64,000 nucleotides of DNA, from NCBI GenBank assembly GCA_001793095.1, contig MGHG01000009.1, positions 90,391 through 154,390 of the forward strand. The letters run 5' to 3'. Every line of letters starts with the position of its first letter. The stretch's first letter is position 1. This document shows positions 18,186 to 25,967 of the stretch, piece by piece. The notes under the pieces were generated by a model. The model did not search any database. It was not told where the DNA came from and saw only the letters and a program-made list of their open reading frames with translations. The position numbers were made by a program, and so were the translations under genes. The stretch is from Candidatus Woesebacteria bacterium RIFCSPLOWO2_01_FULL_39_23 (lineage in GTDB: Bacteria > Patescibacteriota > Microgenomatia > UBA8517).

Positions 18186-18299
18186 TCGTCAAAACAAATT
18201 ACGCTTTCAGCAAATCGCAAAGCTTTTTGCTTTACGCTACATTGTTTTCCTCTCAAAATTGCATGCAATTTTGTTAATAACTATTATTTTACTAAATTA

Positions 18300-18614
18300 G
18301 AAGTAATAAAGAAAATTTAATATTATTACAGGGTAGTTGAGTCTGACTCGCTTGACTTTAATTTATATAAGGTCATATAATTCAGAAAGTCGAAATAAAC
18401 TAAAAGCGTTTGAACTTGGCTAACACCGAGTGAGCTTAAGGAAGAAATCCATATTTGGAAATTAGAACCTTGCGGGAAGTGCCCGTTACAGCACAAAGGG
18501 TTTGCTGCCTGAATAAGTCGATAACCTAAAGAGAAAATAAGGGTGGTACCGCGGGTTTAGAAGACTCGCCCCTTTTCCGAATGAATTTGTTTCGGAGTGG
18601 AGGCGAGTTTTTTT
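18300..18614 (+). promoter_or_regulatory. T-box riboswitch leader (transcription attenuation) upstream of the aminotransferase
   Basis: Canonical T-box sequence AAGGGTGGTACCGCGGG at 18539-18555. A terminator follows (CTCGCCCC...GGAGGCGAG + T7 at 18565-18614). The Stem-I-like hairpin 18349-18408 has a 3'-side internal loop ...AAAC CUA A|AGCG. Confidence 0.65.
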
Positions 18615-19769
18615 ATGGTTACAAAAAATATTGGTAAAATAGAACCTTCACCCACTTTAGAACTAGCTGCAAAAGCAAAACAACTTCAATCGGCCGGTGT
18701 TTCCGTGATAGATCTATCTCTTGGTGAACCAGATACTATTACTCCCGAACATATAAGAAGAGCAGCGATACTTTCTATAAAAAAAGGCTTTACTCACTAC
18801 ACCAATACAGCTGGAGTTCTTGAATTGAGGGAAGCAATTACTAAAAAATTATTGACTGAAAACAAAGTTAAATATACACCTAAAGAAGTAGTTATTGGAG
18901 TAGGAAGTAAGCAACTTCTCTATCATGCCTTTCAGGTGTTATGCGAAAAGGGTGATGAAGTTTTATTGCCCGTTCCCACATGGAGTACTTACTTTGAGCA
19001 GATTAAGCTTTCTAAAGCGACACCTGTCTTAGTACGACTAAAACCACCATTTAAATTAAAAGCATCAGATTTGCTCGAAAAAACCACTTCAAAAACTAAA
19101 GTTATACTATTAAATACCCCTTCAAATCCCACAGGTGCAGTTATAGAAAAGAAAGAGTTGGAAAAGATCGCAGACATTGCTGTTAAGAAAAATATTTTTG
19201 TAATTTCCGATGAAATTTATGAGAAAATTCTCTACTCTGGGAAGCACTATTCTATTGTTTCGTTTGGGCATGATATTAAACAACAAACAATTACAATTAA
19301 CGGATTTTCAAAGGCGTATGCTATGACTGGTTGGAGAGTGGGGTATGCTGCGGGTCCAGAAGAAATCATTGAATCCATGGTTGCTTTGCAAAGTCAGACG
19401 ACTTCTAATACCTCATCGATAAGTCAGATGGCAGCTCTTGCTGCCATCAATGGACCTCAAAAATCTGTGCATTTAATGTTAAAAGATCTCAAAAGGCGAC
19501 GTGACATTATCTTGAAACTTCTTTTTGAAATTGATGGTTTATTTATTACGCGGCCTGAAGGGGCATTCTATTTATTTGTGGGTATAGAGAAGCTACTTAA
19601 TAAGAAATATCCGACATCATCTATTTGGTGTACTAAGCTATTAGAAGAAAAGGGTGTGGCACTTGTTCCCGGTGAAGCATTTTTATATCCTAGATATTTC
19701 CGCCTCAGTTTTACTAATTCTATAACTAATATTTCTGAAGCGGTGAGTCGCATAAAAAGTTTTATTTGA
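18615..19769 (+). CDS. Class I (fold-type I) aminotransferase, aspartate/aromatic family
   Basis: NTPSNPTG, SDEIYE and a GFSKAYAMTGWRVGY-type PLP-lysine region. The ATG at 18615 sits right after the leader terminator; the ORF-track start at 18597 lies inside the terminator. Confidence 0.8.
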   Translation: MVTKNIGKIEPSPTLELAAKAKQLQSAGVSVIDLSLGEPDTITPEHIRRAAILSIKKGFTHYTNTAGVLELREAITKKLLTENKVKYTPKEVVIGVGSKQLLYHAFQVLCEKGDEVLLPVPTWSTYFEQIKLSKATPVLVRLKPPFKLKASDLLEKTTSKTKVILLNTPSNPTGAVIEKKELEKIADIAVKKNIFVISDEIYEKILYSGKHYSIVSFGHDIKQQTITINGFSKAYAMTGWRVGYAAGPEEIIESMVALQSQTTSNTSSISQMAALAAINGPQKSVHLMLKDLKRRRDIILKLLFEIDGLFITRPEGAFYLFVGIEKLLNKKYPTSSIWCTKLLEEKGVALVPGEAFLYPRYFRLSFTNSITNISEAVSRIKSFI

Positions 19770-19773
19770 AGCT

Positions 19774-21282
19774 ATGACAAGAAAAATACCGTCAACTATG
19801 ATTTCTCAACACCCAGATCATGCAAGTAAACCTTATTGGCTGGAAGAAGAGTTTATTGGAACTCACAACGAATCTAAAGAGTGTTTTTTATCTTTTTCTG
19901 AGCTGGGTTCCTCTGAATATAAATGGGACTGGGAAGGAAAACTTGTCGATGAGTCAGTTGTAGAAAGGCTATTCATGGATCATTATGACTATTTTCAAAA
20001 ATATCAATTAGGTAAAGAAAAGTTTCTTACATTTCGTTTGCCTAACCCAAGAGTAGAAAGCGAATACAGACTGGGTCGAGCGTTTATGGGTCTACTCAGC
20101 GCTGCCGGTTTAGCTAAAGGAGTGGGTTTACACACACCTCCTTTATTTGAGGCTATACTACCAATGACAGAATCTGCAAAAGAGATAATTGAAATACAAG
20201 AAGCGTTTGCAGAAATATCTTCACTTAAACACCGTTTAAATAGTTCTAAAAACGGTTCATTGAAGCATGTTGAGTTAATACCTCTTTTTGAAAAAGTAGA
20301 CACGATTATAAGATCAGATGAAATTTTGAATGAGTATATTGATATACACAAGAAAAAGTTTGGAAGACAGCCTGATTATATAAGACCTTATATTGCGAGG
20401 TCTGATCCGGCTCTAAATTCAGGATTAATTCCGACAGTATTAGCAATTAAAATGGCTCTCTCCCGCTATAGACGATTCGAATCGGTTAAAAACATTAAGC
20501 TATATCCAATAATCGGTTCTGCTTCGCTACCTTTTCGGGGTGGGCTTACCCCAGAAACAATAGGTAATTTTACAAGGGAATATGGGGGTGTAAGAACGGC
20601 ACTACTGCAAAGTGCTTTTCGATATGACTATGATAAGGACAAAGTAATAAAAGCCATAAAAGAATTGGAGTCTATCCTCCCTTATACAAAAGCGGTAGAG
20701 ATATCAAAAGTTGAGGAAACAAAATTAATGAAAACAATTTCTCTCTTAGAGAAGGATTATAAAGAGACCGTTGAAGAAATAGCTACCATTATTAACGATA
20801 TTGCATCGAAACTACCTAAAAGAAGAGAACGCGTCCAACATATAGGACTATTTGGCTACTCAAGAGGCGTTGGTAGAGTGAAGTTGCCAAGAGCAATTGG
20901 CTTTACTGGTGCTTTATATTCTTTAGGTGTTCCTCCTGAAATTATTGGGACAGGGCGAGGTCTTAAGAAAGCTGAGGAATTAACACTTTTGAAATATATT
21001 GAACAGCATTATCTTAACCTAAAGCAGGATCTTATTAAAGCAGGTTTGTACTTGAATAAGGATAACTTATATAAGTTATCCTGTTCAAACCCAATATGGA
21101 CTGGGGTAATGGAAGATGTAAAGTATATTGAGCAATTTTTGGGTAAAGAACTGGGGCCTCAAAACACAGATCATGTAGAACACTGTAAAATAACTGGTAA
21201 AATATTTAAGTTACTCGTTGCAGGAAAGGATTTCAGCCAGGAATTATCACAGGCGGCGGTATTGCGAAAAAGTATAGGTTAA
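19774..21282 (+). CDS. Phosphoenolpyruvate carboxylase, archaeal type (PepcA)
   Basis: N-terminal ...STMISQHPD, FRLPNP, IELIPLFEKVDT, YPIIGSASLPFRGGL and LLQSAFRYDYD match archaeal-type PEPC signatures. About 500 aa. Confidence 0.8.
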   Translation: MTRKIPSTMISQHPDHASKPYWLEEEFIGTHNESKECFLSFSELGSSEYKWDWEGKLVDESVVERLFMDHYDYFQKYQLGKEKFLTFRLPNPRVESEYRLGRAFMGLLSAAGLAKGVGLHTPPLFEAILPMTESAKEIIEIQEAFAEISSLKHRLNSSKNGSLKHVELIPLFEKVDTIIRSDEILNEYIDIHKKKFGRQPDYIRPYIARSDPALNSGLIPTVLAIKMALSRYRRFESVKNIKLYPIIGSASLPFRGGLTPETIGNFTREYGGVRTALLQSAFRYDYDKDKVIKAIKELESILPYTKAVEISKVEETKLMKTISLLEKDYKETVEEIATIINDIASKLPKRRERVQHIGLFGYSRGVGRVKLPRAIGFTGALYSLGVPPEIIGTGRGLKKAEELTLLKYIEQHYLNLKQDLIKAGLYLNKDNLYKLSCSNPIWTGVMEDVKYIEQFLGKELGPQNTDHVEHCKITGKIFKLLVAGKDFSQELSQAAVLRKSIG

Positions 21283-21414
21283 CCTATGGAATATTACGCA
21301 GTTAGTCAAGAAATCGAAAATCTATAAAGGGAAAATTATTACACTGACATAATAGGGTTATAACTTCATCATTGACATTTGAGGTAAATAGTTTTTAATT
21401 GTAAATGAATTCAA

Positions 21415-22488
21415 GTGCAAAATATTACGGTTAGTCCATCAACAAAAAACGGTTATGAATTCCCCAAAAAGGTAGGGATTGTCTATAGCGATGTTAAAAG
21501 AGAATATTTTCCTACGGAAGCTCAATACCTAACTGAAAAAGATGCCGATAAAGATGCCAAAACAATTGCTTCATATTTAGATAAATTAAATATTGAAGTA
21601 TACCTTTATGCAGGGAATTCTCGCTTGACAAAATTTCTCAAGAAAGCTAAACCGGACATGGTGATAAATCTTGTCGATTCTGTAAAGGGTTTTGAAAGTT
21701 TAGCGTCTTCAATTCCGGGGGTTTTGGAGCTTCTGGATTTTCCTTATACAGGAGCAGACATCTTGGGCATGTCTTTGGATACAAATAAATTTTTAATAAA
21801 AAAAATTCTCCAGCAAAACGGCGTACCGGTTCCCCATTATCAACTTATTACTAGCCCAAATGACTTTATCGATCCGACTCTACGTTATCCGTTAATCTCG
21901 AAATTAAACGAAATTCACGGCGCGGTTGAGATAACAGAAAATTCAGTATCAGATACTGAGAAACATTTAAAAGAGAGACTGAAGTTTTTAATTAATACTT
22001 ATAAGCAGGGTGTTTTAATAGAGGAGTTTATTGTTGGTCGTGAGGTTACTGCAATACTATTGGAGGGGCTCAATAAAAAGGTTTATCTTGCTGAGAAGGT
22101 TTTTAAAAAAACTGATGGGAAATATATTTTTTCAACTTTCGAAGACCAGTGGCTTAAAAAAGGTTCTGAGACGTTTGTTTACGAAAAATATGAAGACCCG
22201 ATATTAAGGGAGTATGTTAAACGGGCTTTTGATGTAGCCAAGATGTATGATTACGGAAAATTTGATGTAAGAATTGACCAATCCGGTCGTTATTTTTTCA
22301 TCGATTCAAACTGCAATCCGGCATTCGGGCCGAAAGAACTCGACGTTGCGATGTCAACAATTCTTGACATGTATGGAGTAAATTTCCAGGAAATTTTAAA
22401 AAGACTACTCTTGAATACCATGCGAGATGCCGCTGGTAAAGAAAGGCTGCCATATACTACAAGTGAGAAAGATATTTCCTCGAATTAG
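21415..22488 (+). CDS. ATP-grasp domain protein (D-Ala-D-Ala ligase-like fold)
   Basis: EEFIVGREVTAILL and GKFDVRIDQSGRYFFIDSNCNPAFG resemble ATP-grasp C-terminal motifs. Confidence 0.5.
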   Translation: MQNITVSPSTKNGYEFPKKVGIVYSDVKREYFPTEAQYLTEKDADKDAKTIASYLDKLNIEVYLYAGNSRLTKFLKKAKPDMVINLVDSVKGFESLASSIPGVLELLDFPYTGADILGMSLDTNKFLIKKILQQNGVPVPHYQLITSPNDFIDPTLRYPLISKLNEIHGAVEITENSVSDTEKHLKERLKFLINTYKQGVLIEEFIVGREVTAILLEGLNKKVYLAEKVFKKTDGKYIFSTFEDQWLKKGSETFVYEKYEDPILREYVKRAFDVAKMYDYGKFDVRIDQSGRYFFIDSNCNPAFGPKELDVAMSTILDMYGVNFQEILKRLLLNTMRDAAGKERLPYTTSEKDISSN

Positions 22489-22508
22489 GAATAAAAGTTT
22501 TTCTAAGC

Positions 22509-22760
22509 TTATTTAAGAGCTTCATCAACTAATTTATTTACTTCTTCTTTACTTAACAGTTGTGGTGGTCTGTGTCTTCCTATGAATGGCCAATGAGAAA
22601 CAACTTTCATTGGCTTACCATGTTTTACCTTTACCAGCTTTCTTCGCTCATTAATCCGCATTTCACGAATAGATTCGATTATATCTCCAACTTGCCTTTC
22701 AATTGCAAGTTCAAATTCAGTTTTTGCTTCATTGTTAGGAATTGGTTGGCCTTCTTTCAT
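22509..22760 (-). CDS. Hypothetical small protein
   Basis: 83 aa ORF convergent with the ATP-grasp gene. Confidence 0.3.
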   Translation of the reverse strand: MKEGQPIPNNEAKTEFELAIERQVGDIIESIREMRINERRKLVKVKHGKPMKVVSHWPFIGRHRPPQLLSKEEVNKLVDEALK

Positions 22761-22914
22761 CTTTTTATATTGTTACTATTCTGTTATTTTATGTAATTTC
22801 CTAGTAACTTTCTATCCATTTCTGTCACTTCTTGAGCGGTGGACCGGATTTGTGCGCACAACTTCTTCAATTCTTGGCGCTTTCAAAGCATTCAACCTGC
22901 TCGAGGGAACCGAG

Positions 22915-22986
22915 AGCGGTGGACCGGATTTGAACCGGCGACCTTCTCCTTGGCAAGGAGACATTCTACCGCTGAACTACCACCGC
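22915..22986 (-). tRNA. tRNA-Gly (anticodon GCC)
   Basis: Cloverleaf built by hand: GCGGTGG acceptor, TTGCCAA anticodon loop, U73 discriminator. Confidence 0.85.
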
Positions 22987-23004
22987 ATTTCGGAGATAAA
23001 CTCC

Positions 23005-23253
23005 TCAATGTAAACTATTAATCAAATTTTGCTTTTTAAGTCTACTCCAACCTTTGATCTCTTTTTCTCTTCGAGCGGCTTTATACCTATCTGTTAGCTT
23101 TTCCCAATAAACTAATTTGACCGGTATCTTACTTAATTGTAAGCAAGACTTGATTCTTAAGTTGTGCTCTTTGATACGTTTCTTGAGATTCCAACTAATT
23201 CCCGTATAGTAGGAATTATCTTTGCACTTAAGTATATAGACAAACCAAGACAT
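23005..23253 (-). CDS. Stand-alone GIY-YIG nuclease family protein
   Basis: FVYILKC.DNSYYTGIS.NLKKRIKEHN is the GIY-YIG signature. 82 aa; starts 18 bp from the tRNA-Gly 5' end. Confidence 0.6.
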   Translation of the reverse strand: MSWFVYILKCKDNSYYTGISWNLKKRIKEHNLRIKSCLQLSKIPVKLVYWEKLTDRYKAARREKEIKGWSRLKKQNLINSLH

Positions 23254-23307
23254 TGCAATGTTAAACCCTAAATAGTTTACATTGAGCCTCAGCTAAGAGG
23301 CGAAATG

Positions 23308-23380
23308 TGCCGAGGTGAGGAGTCGAACCTCAATCTCATGTTCTTCAGACACGCGCCGTGACCACCTTGGCTACCTCGGC
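23308..23380 (-). tRNA. tRNA-Phe (anticodon GAA)
   Basis: Cloverleaf built by hand: GCCGAGG acceptor, CTGAAGA anticodon loop. Confidence 0.75.
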
Positions 23381-23511
23381 AAGGAAATCATTCCCCACGG
23401 AACATTATCTTGCGTCATATTATAGCAAATTTGTCAGAAGAGATAACAGATAAATTCCGATTCTATTTAATCTGAGGTTTAAGGAGGTTTATTTTATTTT
23501 AAATAGTGAAG

Positions 23512-23820
23512 CTATTCTTCTTCATTAGGAATTTCTTCTAAGAAATCGGCAAACTGTCTGCGAACAGCAAAGGCATCTTCCCTATGCCGAGCATACATAA
23601 CCTTTCCACCATAATTACCTTGCGACACTTGATAAGATTTTAAAGGAATACCAACAGGTTTGTTAGCAATTTCCCAAACACTTGAAACACCTAAATGTAA
23701 TCCTCCTTCGTGTCTTGGTAATTTAATACCTTCGTCCTTTAATTTTTTAACCAATTCTGGAATTTTGTCTTCTTTAACTCTTACTTTTCTATCTAACGGT
23801 ATTGGATTTTCTACTGGCAT
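23512..23820 (-). CDS. Hypothetical protein
   Basis: 102 aa. A promoter-like TCTCAA-N18-TATAAT with a palindromic spacer lies upstream at about 24010-24040 on the minus strand. Confidence 0.35.
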   Translation of the reverse strand: MPVENPIPLDRKVRVKEDKIPELVKKLKDEGIKLPRHEGGLHLGVSSVWEIANKPVGIPLKSYQVSQGNYGGKVMYARHREDAFAVRRQFADFLEEIPNEEE

Positions 23821-24112
23821 ATTTTGTCGTGTTTTGAATTATACTTTTTACAAAATTAAATGGCAAATAATATAAAGGAGAGTGAACTTAAACTAACAAT
23901 CCTGACTACCTCGGCTTGTCGAAATGGACTTCGCTTTCTGTAAAACGCTAACGCTTTTTACTTAACGCTTCGTCATTTCTCCACTCAAAATCTCAAAGAG
24001 ATTTTGTTTATACATTATACAAGATTGCATTGCAATCTTGAGAGGAAGAGCCAACTAGTAAGCGAGGTTTCAATATAATTGAAACAAAGCGGTAAAGTTG
24101 ATCTCTGATGAG

Positions 24113-24186
24113 TGGTCGCTGAGGGATTCGAACCCCCGACCTTCTCGATGTAAACGAGACGCTCTAACCAACTGAGCCAAGCGACC
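24113..24186 (-). tRNA. tRNA-Val (anticodon TAC)
   Basis: Cloverleaf built by hand: GGTCGCT/AGCGACC acceptor, TTTACAT anticodon loop. Confidence 0.8.
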
Positions 24187-24427
24187 CAAAGTGCGAGGAA
24201 GTTTCCTAAGATTGAACCAATATTAAGAAATTTCCAGCAGCTTATTTTAGCATATCCCAACTTTGAATCACAGTTTTATTATGCCTAAATCACTCTATAG
24301 GGAATCTTCGTGATGAAGAGAAATACATGGATAATGATTTGTTATGTAGGGATTTAAACAAATATAGAGCAATTCAGAGTTAATAGTTTAAAAATAAAAA
24401 AGCTTAATTACGGAAGATGAATAGGAT

Positions 24428-24697
24428 TTATAGTTCTATTTTTGTCTCAGAACCAGCACAAAACATACGATAAAATACACAAACATTATTAACACAAGTA
24501 GTATACCCTATTACTGTTTTTTTATCTGATTGAAGAATCTTTTGAATACCCATTTCGATATTAATGTTTGTATCAGCATTACCATCTCTAGGGTCATAGT
24601 CAGTACATAAAATTTCATCCTTTCGACTTGTAAGTCTTACTTTAGGTGCTTCACCAGAAATGTTACTTTTATCGCATCGGTATATTTCTAAATTCAT
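24428..24697 (-). CDS. Hypothetical Cys-rich small protein
   Basis: 89 aa ORF between tRNA genes. Confidence 0.25.
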   Translation of the reverse strand: MNLEIYRCDKSNISGEAPKVRLTSRKDEILCTDYDPRDGNADTNINIEMGIQKILQSDKKTVIGYTTCVNNVCVFYRMFCAGSETKIEL

Positions 24698-24803
24698 TAG
24701 ATGAAATTATATTATTATAGGGTTCTATTGTCAATATTGAATCATAAGATTGAAACAAGACTTTGAGCAATTCGGGACTTAATAACCCCATGTCAACGTT
24801 AGT

Positions 24804-24885
24804 GCGGGGAAGAGGACTTGAACCTCCACGGATTACTCCACAGCCTCCTCAAGACTGCGCGTCTGCCAATTTCGCCATCCCCGCG
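24804..24885 (-). tRNA. tRNA-Leu (anticodon GAG), type II
   Basis: Cloverleaf built by hand: GCGGGGA acceptor, TTGAGGA anticodon loop, long variable arm. Confidence 0.8.
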
Positions 24886-25095
24886 CGTCGTAACACGACA
24901 CGCTAAATTTCATTCTGCTTTTGCAGAACTCCATCCGCTTATCTGTTGCTCCCTTTCAATACTTTGACTTCACTCACGATTGTCTTTATATTCTAACAAA
25001 ATTTGTTTATACAAATTTTGAGAGGAGAAGCAAACGTAAGCTAAAGTTTTGAGCAAAAGCTCAAAACAAAAGCTGCAAGTTTAGATTCGACTTGG

Positions 25096-25179
25096 TGCCC
25101 TCGAGAGGATTTGAACCCCTACGAGCTAAAGCTCATAGCGTCCTGAACGCTACGCGTCTGCCAATTTCGCCACGAGGGC
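25096..25179 (-). tRNA. tRNA-Leu (anticodon CAG), type II
   Basis: Cloverleaf built by hand. Near-identical acceptor/D-arm to tRNA-Leu(TAG); TTCAGGA anticodon loop. Confidence 0.8.
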
Positions 25180-25301
25180 AATATTATATTTAAAAGGACG
25201 GTTAATATTATATCAGATTTTTACTAAAACAGCCTTATTTGTAATTATTTTTACCGATTAAAAATATTATATATTTCAAAATTAATGTATTCTTAGATAT
25301 A

Positions 25302-25928
25302 TTGAAAAGTATGAATTATAACGACTTAGCCAGTGACATTTCTGTAAATAAAGTAACCAAGGCGCTTCAAAGAATTGGTTACATCGTTTACAGGGTTGAA
25401 GAAGGCTCTGAAGCTTTAAATAAGATTAAGAAAATAATTACGCGAGGTTCATCCGTAATGAACGGAAGCTCGGTTACATTGGAGCAGATTGGGTACATTG
25501 ATTATCTTAAATCCGGTAAACACGGCTGGATTGATTTACACGCAAGGGTTAACGCAGAAAACGATAAAGAAAAAAGGGCTAAACTACGAAAAGAATCAAC
25601 TTTATCCGATTATTATTTAGGAAGTGTTCACGCACTAACAGAAGATGGTGAATTTGTAATAGCGAGTAATACCAGTAGTCAGCTTCCGCACGTTGTTTAC
25701 AACTCCCCAAATTTAATTTTTGTAGTCAGTACTAAAAAGATCGTTCCCGCTCTTGAAATAGCTATGAGGCGTTTGGAGGATTATGTTTATCCCCTAGAGG
25801 ATAAAGCGTCAATGGCGAAGTATAATAGCCACACAGGTCTGAATAAAGTTTTAATTTTTAAAGGCGAGGTGACATCGAGTACCAGAAAGATTAATTTTAT
25901 TCTTGTAAATGAAAATTTGGGCTTCTGA
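25302..25928 (+). CDS. LUD-domain (LutC/YkgG-like, DUF162) protein
   Basis: Central ...ALTEDGEFVIASN...VVYNSPNLIFVVSTKKIV... pattern. Moderate resemblance only. Confidence 0.35.
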   Translation: MKSMNYNDLASDISVNKVTKALQRIGYIVYRVEEGSEALNKIKKIITRGSSVMNGSSVTLEQIGYIDYLKSGKHGWIDLHARVNAENDKEKRAKLRKESTLSDYYLGSVHALTEDGEFVIASNTSSQLPHVVYNSPNLIFVVSTKKIVPALEIAMRRLEDYVYPLEDKASMAKYNSHTGLNKVLIFKGEVTSSTRKINFILVNENLGF

Positions 25929-25967
25929 AAATTATATTTATTTTCCTGCGATTTTTATTTAGGCATA

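Noticed and set aside
22834-22986. tRNA-Gly 3' fragment duplication as attL/attR of an integrated element
   Set aside because: The two copies are only about 60 bp apart with no cargo between them, so at most this is a scar or local duplication, not a resident integrative element.
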